This document shows, piece after piece, positions 12,784 through 23,693 of a DNA stretch of 54,608 bases (its first letter is position 1; each line of letters begins with the position of its first letter). The DNA is from Chromera velia (lineage: Eukaryota): assembly GCA_018398765.1 (NCBI GenBank), contig JAHBMJ010000178.1, positions 1 to 54,608 of the forward strand. The letters run 5' to 3'. The notes under the pieces were generated by a model. The model did no database searches, was not told where the DNA came from, and saw nothing but the letters and a program-made list of their open reading frames with translations. The position numbers were made by a program, and so were the translations under genes.

Positions 12784-13722
12784 CCTTCCTTCCTTCCTTC
12801 CTTCTTTCTTTCTTTCTTTCTTTCTTTCTTTCCTTCTTTCCTTCCTTCCTTGTTTCTTTCTTTCTTTCTTTCTTTCTTTCCTTCTTTCCTTCTTTTCTTC
12901 CTTCCTTCCTTCCTTCCTTCCTTCCTCCCTTCCTTCCTTCCTTCCTTCCTTCCTTCCTCCCTTCCTTCCTTCCTTCCTTCCTTTTCTTTCGTTCTTTCGT
13001 TCTTTCGTTTTTTCTTTCTTTGTTTCTTTCTTTCTTTCGTTCTTTCGTTCTTTGTTTCTTTCTTTCTTTCGTTCTTTCGTTCTTTCGTTCTTTCTTTCTT
13101 TCTTTCTTTCTTTCCTTCCTTGCTTGCTTCCATCCATCCCCTCATCCCCCCATTCATCCATCAATCCATCCATTCCTTCATTCATTCCTTCGTTCATTCA
13201 GTTGCTGCCTTCCACTTTCTTTTCAATTTTTTGTTGCGCCTTTCCCTTTTCATGTTATGGTACATCATCCATCAGACATTCGACAACCAATCCACATCAC
13301 ACGAAGCCAAAGAATTTCTTTCTTCATTCCTTTCCATTTCTCACTCCATAGAGTCACATCCGCTGCTGCATTTACACTTCTGTGTATGCAGGTGGAAGCA
13401 ATTCAACCCGTCTCGTTTCGCCGGGTGCGTCCATTTAAACACAACTGAGCGATCCTGTCTGGAGCTCTGCGAGGAAATTGTTGACAGACTCAAGGGGGGA
13501 GAGGTGGTGATGCTCCATTGTGCGGCTGGGATTCACCGCACAGGCTGCTGTGCAATGATGGTGTTGCGTTCTCTGGGCCTCACCTTCGAACAGGCTGTGC
13601 AAGAGATCCGGAAGCTCAGGGAGGTTACCGTCCGGTCTGCAGGAATGCCGCTCCTCACAGATGCCAGCATGGCTTTTGAGCTGGAGACCCGCAGAAAGGC
13701 AGAAGCAGGCAAGAGACTATAA
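10786..13722 (+). CDS. PTP/dual-specificity-type phosphatase (CX5R), 3 exons
   Basis: Exons 10786-11043, 11333-11460 and 13392-13722 splice in frame through GT..AG junctions. P-loop [10 protein letters not shown] at 13516-13545, followed by the typical AVQEIRKLR helix. The start codon is uncertain (ATG 10786 or 10957). Confidence 0.85.
11506..11641. repeat. Minisatellite, 4 x 34 bp, in phosphatase intron 2
   Basis: Unit GGGTTGATCGAATTGTGTGAGGGGATTCGGGCTT starts at 11506, 11540, 11574 and 11608, head to tail, with 0-1 substitutions per copy. Confidence 0.95.
11922..13200. repeat. About 1.3-kb compound polypyrimidine microsatellite (TTCC/TTTC/TC) inside an intron
   Basis: Almost exclusively C/T on the + strand. 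It generates the spurious long F/L/S/P-rich and K/E/R/G-rich ORFs in the track. Confidence 0.97.
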
Positions 13723-13752
13723 GGTGCCAGTGGAGAACTCCCAAGTTCCAAA

Positions 13753-15168
13753 CAGGGTTGCGATCGCTACCGGCAATGACCCTTCGCTGCCGGCAATTGC
13801 CGGTCTGCCGGCAATGGACATTTCTGACTTAGTCACTGCCGAAAAAAAAATGGTAAAAAAATGGGTCTCAAAAAAAAAAAATTTCGCCTGCGGCGCAGTT
13901 GCTATAAAATGCTTTTAAACTCTTTTATAAGCGATCATAGCATTCTTACAGCCTCTTGATAATTAATTTTTTGAGAAAAATATAAAATATAAAAAATATT
14001 AAAAAATATGTTTATTAAAAAATGTTGAAAGTTGAAAAAAAACAGGCGGGGGCAAGCCCCTGTCTGCTTAAACTTCAGGTGGCGGCATAAATAGCTTAGG
14101 CCCCCAGGTGGTCCAAATGTGAACTGGGGATGGCCCCCGGGTGCCCCTTTTCTAAATTTTGCCCAAATATCATCACACAATATCACATATATTCTCGTTT
14201 TTACAATAAAGACGATACATTCAGTGGAGACATGAAAGAGGCATAAATATTCAAATTCAGCTTGCAATATTCAGAAAACCATAAATTTATTCACTCTCCT
14301 TTCTTTTCTTCCCCTTCTTCCCCCTCGGGCACCCGGGAATCGGGCCGGGATAGGATAGGATAGGGTAGGATTAATGTCTGGAGGATTGGCCTCCTGCCCC
14401 AATGCTGAGCGCTCGACGTGCGGCGTCCAGGAAAAGCGTATATACGCGTCGGACCTTCTTGGCTAGCCCGTACAGGCCAAAAAGACCTGTGCCGCAAACT
14501 GTTATGTGATAATCAATCAATCACTATCAATCGATATAGGCCCCTGGATCACTTACTAACATTTCAAGAAACGACCTGGGGGCAGCCTCCGGCTGCTCTG
14601 ACGGGCAGCCGGGTTGACCCGGGAGCGCCCCCTGGCCCCTAGCTTTAAACAGCATCATGCCTGTGGGAGCAGACGGCTGGTTTTGTGTGCCGCTGATCTC
14701 AGCGGAAACCGGGGATGGAAGCACAGCGGGGGCTTCTCAATTGGCTTTTCTAATGGCCTGAGAAGAACTGGCTGTAGCGCTTGCACCATAAAACGACACG
14801 GGAGCGATGGGTGACGCCGGAGGTAAGACCTGGATCCTAGGCGTCCCCAATAGCCCAGTGCGCCTATAATTGGATTGTACACCTATAATCCACCTCCATA
14901 TGCACCCTCCATGTGCACCTATAATCGGACTGTATAAAACTATATATTAATACGTACGGACTGTCACAGTGTTTAAACCTATAAATGGACTGTGTACAGT
15001 GTACACAGACTAACTCCAACAGAGAATGACCCACGGATTTTATCATTGAACTCTAACTTTCTCTGCCATCGACTGCCAGTCGCTCTGCCGGTGGCGACAA
15101 GCTCTGCCGGCAATTGCCGTCCTACCGGCAATCGCTCTTCTCTGCCGCCGAAAAAAAAAGCAACCCTG
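13753..15168. mobile_element. Possible non-autonomous hAT-like element with 9-bp TIR CAGGGTTGC (no TSD found)
   Basis: CAGGGTTGC at 13753-13761 and its reverse complement GCAACCCTG at 15160-15168. Clusters of (T/A)GCCGGCA(AT) lie just inside both ends (13768-13815 and 15063-15149). The flanks GTTCCAAA and CAAAAATG do not match. Confidence 0.55.
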
Positions 15169-15930
15169 CAAAAATGATTTGTCAGACCTGATCGATGAGC
15201 CGTTACGTAGAAATGATTCATTTTAAACTCCAGTATCTATTGTAATTGCTAACATGAGGATCATCTGATCATCATCAAATGGAAATGTATTCACTTCGTC
15301 CAAAACAAAGGAAACCAGAGGAGGGTGCCTGTCGATCTATACCCCTTTCTGCCTATTTCTCTCTTTATGTCTCTTGATCGAACTCGTTGCTTTCACACTT
15401 TTTCATGCTTGACAGTGCTTGTTTGCGAGTCTTTTGTCCGATCTGCTGCTGCCTCTCTGTATGTATGAAAAGTCCAAGTAGACCCGTTCAGCCACTTGCA
15501 TTTTCTCTTTTTGGTTGTTACGCTCCCTCTCGTGTTCGACCTTACGAAACGATTTGTGTCAGGGCAGCGTGCGAGCCAGGCAAGAAGGCAGCAGAGAGTG
15601 TAAGAGAAGAAGGAGAACCTGAATCATGCTGCAACGGGGCAATATATCGCAGAGACACGACCTCCTTCTCTACCGAAGAGAGACTACACGCATGAGGACT
15701 GTACGAACGAAGGAGCATGCAGCGTGCGAGACAGATGGACAGACAGACAGACCGATGGACGGAGAGCGAGAGCACGAAGGAATGAGTGCAAGGTCGGATC
15801 GGATGGATTCTCCTACACGGCCAGAAAGAGAGAGAAAGTGAGGGACGATGTGGAGGTGCAACTCTCTTTTTTTCTCCTTCGACTTTTCTCTCTTCTTGCT
15901 TTTCCTTCCTTTTTTTGTTTTCTTTCTTTC

Positions 15931-18214
15931 TCATTTTCTTATTTTAATCAATGGAGGAGGCTTTGTGGGAGCGCCAACCCCTGTGCGGACCCCCTCAGAG
16001 GCCCCTCCAAGCACCTCATAAGCGTCTCTGAATGCCGCCACATCGTCTGACCTCTTCTCTCTTCGCTGATCGAAACCGTCACCTTCAAGAAGGGACGCAC
16101 AACTGGCCTTTGTGTCCTTCAGAGAAACGCGAGCTGCTTCCACACGCGCTCGGGCCTCCCTTCTATCCTCCCTCTCGTGGCTGATTCGTGCTCTCACACC
16201 GGCAGCGTCAATCACTTCCGATGCCACTCTTTTCTTTAAGGCCGTCTCCGCACTCTTCCATTCATTCAAACTCTTTCGAAATTTCGCCTCTGCCCTCGCA
16301 TCCTCTTTTGACGCTTTGGCATCCTCCAACTCTACTCTCTCTTGGAGACGTTCTAACAAGGCGACTGCAACTTTCAATCCCCCTGTGCGTCTGTGCGCTT
16401 TCTCTTTCTCTGCCTCCATCCTTTGGCTCTCTGTTCTCACACTGTGTGCACCTTCTTCTTCGTTCACACGCCTCTTCTCTACCTTGCCTTGCTGATTCTC
16501 TAGGAAGGAAGAGGAAGACGACGCATTGGACATAGGTGGGGTTCTTTCCAACTTCCCCCCCCCAACTGTCAGGGTCACATTCGAGCTAGCTGAAGCGGAG
16601 AGGAATGACGTTTCCGCAGCTTCGGATTCTGCCAGGAAGTGCGTGAGGATGCTTGCAGCTGCCTTGAGGACCTCTGCGAACCTCTGCCGCGCCGCCTTCT
16701 CCCTACCTGCCGACTCGGCTCTCTCTGCCTCCACCTTGCTCGCCTTCTCGAATGCCGATTGGCCTTCTGCCAATTGTTTCTCGAGAGCGAGCCGGCGCTC
16801 TTTGCCCTCTTGGAGCGCTTCCCTGCTTGTGGACACCTGCACAGCAGAGCAGACAGGAAGAACACAATCAAATAAACCAAACGTGCAGACGGGAGATGGA
16901 AAAGAAAAAAACATTCCTTACACCAACACACAGGAAATGCGGGGGAGGGAAAAAAGGTGGCGATGAAGGGAGAGCGTTTACTTCCACACAAGCAGGATGC
17001 AGGCAACAGGGGAGAAAATGCAGTGGTATTCATTAAAAGAAAAGCGAAAGGCAACACGGTGAGCGAGGGAGGAAAGGCGTTTTCTTTACAGGGTGGAGAA
17101 AGGTCAAAGTGGAGTCCCACGTAGAGGACGAATTTGTCCCATCAGATGCGAGAAGGAAAGAATGCATGAGTGCGTATGAGAAAGTAAGCCGGGGTTCACA
17201 TCTGCACATCTTCTCTATGGTGCCATCAACTTGGCCTCCTCTCTTTAGCGAGTTCGCTCGTTTGGTGGATCTGTTCTTCTTTGACTCTTCTCTTTTATCC
17301 CTATCGATCAATCTCGTCTGGCCTTACTCTCTCTCTCTCTCTCTTTCAATCTGCACCTGGGTCTCTTTTTCGAGAAGCTTTCTCTCTCTTCCATCTTTTT
17401 TCAATCTCACTTGCTGACCTCCGTCCTTGCATCTGCAAGCACATCCTTCGCCTCTTCCAGAACTGCCTGCGCTTCCTGAACGGCAGCACTGCACTTCTCC
17501 CTCCTCCTCCCCTCTGCCGCGTCTTCCTCCTCCAAGGAGGCAATCAACTGAAGCAGCTCCTTGCGGAGAGGTGCAAGCATTGCAAGGTCAATGCGGTCTG
17601 ACACAGCCGCACTCGAAGAGGAAGAGGAAGACTCTGTCTCTGTCTCTGTCTCCGTCTTGCTCTGCTGATGAACAGACGACAGGGACAGGGAAGAGCGGAA
17701 GGAAGAAGAAACATTTGGAGAATCCTTTCCAGCCCTCTTGACAGAGACAGCCCTGACTGAATCTGCATCTTCTTCTCTCAACCTTCCCACCGCACCCTGC
17801 AGAGAAGCCAAGAGATCCTCCCTCTCACCCCCCCTCAATATTAACCCATCCCCCCCCTTTTCCATATTCGTATGAGCCTTATGAGAGCGAGACGACAGCT
17901 GCGCAAAGGCCAAGGCAGGCTGCTTGCCCGACCGCATGATGGGTGCAGGGAGGCCGCAGACATCGGGAGCCAGGGGCTCGACCGCCTCCCGCTTCTTCAG
18001 GTGGATCAGCACCTTCTTTGCAGTCGACAGACCGCACCTGCACGCACGCACGCACGCACGCACGGATTCATTCCATCCGTCGGTGGAATCAGAGAGGCAA
18101 CCGTGTAGGGGAAAAAGAACAAACAGGTACAGCGTCTACACGCACCAGAAATTTTCTCCACTTTCCCATCCTTCTAGGAGACAGGCAGGCAAGCAGACGG
18201 AGCATCCTGGGCGG

Positions 18215-18254
<40 letters not shown>

Positions 18255-18275
18255 ATGTGCGTGTGTATGTGTGTG

Positions 18276-18313
<38 letters not shown>

Positions 18314-18326
18314 TATGTGTGAGTAA

Positions 18327-18363
<37 letters not shown>

Positions 18364-18374
18364 CGTGTGAGTAA

Positions 18375-18412
<38 letters not shown>

Positions 18413-20085
18413 ACGAGAAAAAAGTACTGTCGCCCACTTCGAGGCAGTAGAAAGCATGTGCAACTTGTACGGACGAATGCAGAACAGAACGCTGGAGGGG
18501 ATCCTTGAAAGAGAGGAAAGGAGAAGAGAAAAAACGAGAGAGAGAGAGACACACACAAATCCTCACCGTTCCGTCTCCCTCTCCTCTGCCCTTCTCTTGT
18601 CCCGAGCTGCTTCCTCCAAACAGAGAGGGGCGAGGGCTGCGAGGGCTTTCCTGTCTTCTGCACGTTGTGCTGCTTCCTCCTGCAGGAAGGAAGGAAGGCA
18701 AACTCACTCGTATCGTGTATGCAGGCATCTGATCATGAACACCGATCTCTTTGTCTACGTAGGGATCCGAGTGCCAGGGGGGCGCCTCTAGGTAGACCAG
18801 ATCTTGCTTGCATGCATGCAGGCTCATCGCATGCGGACCTATAGAGTTGGTTCCTTTCAGAGACAATTAGGGGGACGGGGAGTTTCCTCTTCACCTCTGT
18901 GGTGTGGGGTGAGGGTCAGACCAAAGTTTGATCGTCCGTGCGCTTCTTTCGATCTCGCTTCGTCAATGATTGAAAGGCAGAGCGAGAGAGAGCGCTGATC
19001 ATTCGAGAGGGATCCAAAGATGAAAAAAAGAAAAGAGCCCCCCCCCACCACACCGCGAAACCCCCAAAAGGGATTCATAAACTCGACGAGTTTCTTTTCT
19101 TTCTCACCCATGCTCTTCTGCTGTAGTCCCCTTTTTTTGGTACGGACATTGACGCAGACAGAACACAACAGAACAGAAGGGGACACATTAGAAAAAGACA
19201 AAACAAAACAAATGAGTGAAGAAGACGAATAATTGCTCCAAAGTCCCTCCTGACTCATTGAACATTCATCCATGGTCTCACTCTTTTTCACAGAAGGACA
19301 CACGGACGGACTGACTGACGAACATCGTAAGCTTCTTTCCTCGCGAGGTCTGCCGCCTTCTGTTTCTCCAACTGTGCCTTTGCCTTGCTCAAAGTCGCAT
19401 CCGCCTCCTCCTTTCTCTTCACCAACGCTCCCACAAAGACCTTGTGAGCAGCCACAGCCCTGCTCTCCTTCTCTGCTGCTGCGTCAGTCTCTTTCTGCAA
19501 ATTCGACTTCATATTTTCCAAAATTCCCACCACCGTCATGACTCTAGAGTCTCTGGCAGCAAGCGAGTCAGGGTCCAGGGAGGAGGAGGCAGAAGCGATA
19601 GATAGGGCAGAGGTCAGACAATGCGTCAGTCTGACAAGTCGGGATGCAATGGAAGAGGACTGATGCTGGTGTTTTCTCTTCTTTTGTTGGGAGTCCGTTT
19701 CCTCTCCACCCCCATTCTCTGTCTCGATAGCAGAAAGGACAGATTTGCACCCAGAGGGTGAGGGGAGATCCAACGAGTGCCATAGAGCGGAAACCGTGTG
19801 CAACGAATGACGAAGTGCGCCCCCTTCCTCTGTTGACACAGCTGTCTTTTCTGCCTTCACTGAATGCCTTCCGCCTCTCTTTTGGACCTCTAGGAAGGAG
19901 GGAGGGCCTGGAGGGACGACGCTCTTCCCCCCCCTCAAGGCAAACAGCGCCTCGGAGAGCACAGACAGAGCCGCCAGACTTTCTGCCCGGTCCTCGTTGT
20001 ACTCCTCTGCAGCCTTCCCACGCTGCTGGAGGACCTCTTCTAGAGACTGAGCCGAGTCAGAAGAGATCTGCTCTTGCTCCTTTAT

Positions 20086-20146
<61 letters not shown>

Positions 20147-21036
20147 ACACACACACACACAGAGAGAGAGAGAGAGCGAGAGAGCGAGAGAGAAGACTGA
20201 CCGTGAAAAAACAGAAAAAGGGAACGTGAGCATGGAGATAGACAGCTGTGGGTCCGGTGGATGAAAAGAAAGAGGGGGCAGACGAGAGGAGAGGCGGATG
20301 GATGGAAGTGGACTGAAGAGAGGAGAGAGAGAGAAACAAACATGTTAGACTGCTTCTCTGCTTGTCCCTTGTTCTCCTCCCTCTTTCCTCTTTTTCCATC
20401 TGTGCTAATTCTCCCCCAGTTTCCCTGTCACCCTCCACCAGGACTCTCTCTCTGTCGCCTTTTTTTTTAAATGCAGCTTCCTTCACGGATTGTGTTGCTT
20501 CAGAGCAAACCTCTCCTCACACTCACACACATCATCATGCGTGCCTCACTGACTGCGTATTCGAGTGCTGCCCTGGTCCTTGCTGCCTCCTCCACGTCCC
20601 CCTCAGGTGCCGCTTCCACCACCGAGCTGTGGAGACGGGCTTTGAGGGAACTCTGCCCAGACTCACAGGCTTTTTGCGTATCCTTGCTTCTGTTCTCTGC
20701 CTTGTCTGCCTCCTCATCCAGAACTGCCAATACCTCATCCAATGCGTCGATCACGCTCGACAAGTCCTTCTGAAAACGCACACCCAACTCAGCCGCTCCC
20801 ACAGGCTCGTTCTCTCTCTTCGAACTTGAGGAAGAAGACCCCGTTTGAACAACCGCTTCCCCCTTTTGCTCTGCTTTGCCAAGTCGCCCACCAGGAGGGA
20901 TGACAGTGGAAGCAAGAGAGAGGGGAGAAGCGGAAGACCGGAGCTCTTCGGAAGACGACAAAACCAAAACCAGAGCCACTACCACCAGACGGAGCGAGAG
21001 GCCTCCCCCGCACACACCGAGAACGCGAAAGTGCAT
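15931..21036 (-). CDS. Secreted/signal-anchored long coiled-coil protein with sparse cysteines, multi-exon
   Basis: Hydrophobic N-terminus (LRLVVVALVLVLSSS). Large exons at about 21036-20554, 20085-19324, 18035-17417 and 16837-15931 are bounded by splice signals. The sequence is A/E/K/L-rich with heptad character, and SFLE/AFAQ linkers separate the helical blocks. Small exons between 18.4 and 19.0 kb are unresolved. Confidence 0.75.
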
Positions 21037-21397
21037 TCTGCGGACTGGTTGTATTCTGTGTGGTTCAGAACAACAGAAGGGGGGGGGAAGGGGAATGTAT
21101 CAGGTATGAAATTTTGAGATGTGCAGAAAGAGCGAAAACCAAGGGCGAAGAAAACACAAATTGTAAGTAACCTTGCACGAAGAAAGATGAGCCAAGTAGA
21201 ATGTTTGTGCATATATTTTCCTCATGTCTTTTTCTTCTTCTTTTCGTTGTTCCTTGTCGTCGTCGTCCTCTGAGCAAAAGGCCTGTTCCGCGTTCTTTTT
21301 TCTTTCTTTCTTTCTTTCTTTCTTCCTTTCTTCCTTTCTTCCTTCCTTTCCTTCCTTCCTTCCTTCCTTTCTTTCTTTCTTTCTTTCTTTCTTTCCT

Positions 21398-21432
<35 letters not shown>

Positions 21433-22692
21433 CTCTCTCTTCCTTCCTTCCTTCCTTCCTTCCTTCCTTCCTTCCTGTATATTTTGCGCTTCATTTCTGT
21501 TGTCGATCTTTCAGATTTATATCCGCTGGATACGAAAGACAAGAAAGTCGTAAATGAAGCGGTTCTATTTGTTGGTGTATCAGGGCGAGAGGGGGCAAAG
21601 GGAAGAAAAGCTTGTATCACAAAGGAATTCATTCGTTCATTCGTTTCTGCTGAGACTTCAGGTCTACTGCAAGGAAGTGAGGCGGAACGGAGTGAAGGAA
21701 GACGAATAGAATACTTCAGACTCACCTCGCCTCACTCCTTCCTTCCAGCCTCCAAGACCTAGATCATCTATCTCATCTGGATGCCCCTCTGCACGATAAG
21801 GGGCGCTGCTCTTAGAGAAAAATCAAACGGAAAAGCAAGCACGGAAATACTGTCCGGATCAGGACGAAGGATGAATCCTGGACGAAGCCGTCTCTTAAGA
21901 GCCGGTCGTCTGAGAGCTCACTTTTGGATTCTGCCGAGCCTCTGAAAGACTCCACTCGTGTGCGACCAAACAGCAGAAGTTTTCTGTGCGTTCAGTGCTC
22001 TCGACGACTTCATCAGTGCACCAGTGGCATCCAGTGGCAACATATGAATTTATAAGGATTTGTTGTTCTCTCGATCGAATTTCATGCAGTCGCGGTCACC
22101 ATGTTAATTGAGCCTGACGAATTTGTCAACGTAGATAAGTGCCCCCCAAACATTCTGCGCTGCGGCCGGGCGTTTAATTCAATGGCTTTCCGGGGCCGCG
22201 GCCAAATTTCGCGTGCATGACGCAGTGCGAAGTCTGCATGCGCGCGCACGATGCGCGCACGGGACAAAATTCTCAAATCCACGCATTGCACTTGAGATTT
22301 TGCAAGCCATTCATTCAGGAGACTTGGAATCCATCGATTGAAACTTGGGGGAACACTCTTTCCTCACAGTCGACATGCACGATTGGTGCATGGAAGAAGG
22401 GAGCTCTTTTTTCGGCAGTAGAAGCTAGAGGTCGGGTGTCGTGACAGCGTCAAAGAATTTTGCGACCTTCGAAACAAGCAAAAAAATCAGACTGAGTAGT
22501 CAGAAATTGAATTGGGATTACCGGAGTTTTGTTTGTTTGGGGAATCGTTGTGTGATCAGGAGCGTGTCTGGAGGGTTCTATTCCTCAAAGAATAAATAAA
22601 GAAAGCCACGAAGAGAAAAAGCGTTATCCGTTTTGTAAGTAACCATCTCACAGAAGACGTTTACGCTTTTTCTTGCCCCAACAAAGAAAAAG

Positions 22693-23693
22693 ATGTCATC
22701 GGCTCCTCCAATTTCTCCTGAGAAGGTCCCTGAGGCCAGGGTGAATTCTCTCCCTGTCCGTGCTGACTCTGAAGAGGTGGTGTGTCAGTGTGGTCGCTGT
22801 CTGGCTGTGAAGGATCCATTCCAACCGCTTGTCCCGATGAAACCTGCAGCGCCCGAAGAATCCCAACATCAGCAGAACGTCTCTCCGACCTGTGCCCTTG
22901 CACAGACGCAAGTGGTCTCTTTGGTCACGCAGAGAGAATTCGTTCTGGGTTCAGTAGAAAACTCACACTTTCTCAACAATCGTCAAAGGAAGCTGAGCGC
23001 ACGGCAGAGAATGCCTCCGGAAGGCCAAAGAACAAATGCCTCGCGCCGCCAGCGTCTGGAAGCGATGCGCGCCACCCTGCCTTTCCTTCTTCACATCTCC
23101 TACGCAGAAGGAGAAATGGAACAGCAAAATCCCAACACCCTCGCAGTCCCCCAGGGTGTACCTATGGCCCCCCGCCCTTCCATCCTTTCGCCACCCGCAT
23201 TTCCTCGGGAGGTGGAAGGAGGAGCTCGGTCTCCGTTTCCGTCTGCTGCAGGCGGTTTCGCCAACACAATTCTGCGGCCGGTGGAATCGACCTGCATGCC
23301 CGAGTCGGCGTCTTCCCGGACAGACGCCTCTGCCTGGACACCCCTCAGTGAGTCCACCCCCCTCCCGGCTCGTTTCCCTTCTACATGCACCCTGGAGTTT
23401 TTCCTTTGTGGGTAAAGGCGTCAAAGTCTCTTTTTTCTTCTTTCCCTTCTTCCGTCCTCTCTGCCCTGTGTGCCACCCTGTGAGATTCCTCGAGAGAACT
23501 AGGCAAGGATGAGAAAGTGCGTTTTCAACACCGAACAAATAAGATGCCGCGAATTTTCGCTCAAAGAACTTGTCCAAAAGAACAGGCGGTATTCTTCCTG
23601 AAATGATGAAGTTGTGTTGTCCTCTCACCCCTGCGTGCAACTGCCATGAAACCTCTCCTGCCTGCAGGTGCCGAGTCACTGGACGAGAATTGA
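22693..23693 (+). CDS. Hypothetical protein, about 226 aa, probably 2 exons
   Basis: ATG 22693 opens a 240-codon ORF. Donor GTGAGT at 23348 and acceptor CCTGCAG ending 23667 give an in-frame ending SAESLDEN* (23668-23693). No recognised domain. Contains a CQCGRC motif and a basic patch. Confidence 0.5.

Noticed and set aside
11624..13448. Very long ORFs (361-631 aa) on both strands
   Set aside because: These are translations of the TTCC/TTTC microsatellite, which lacks stop codons. Only 13392-13722 is real exon.
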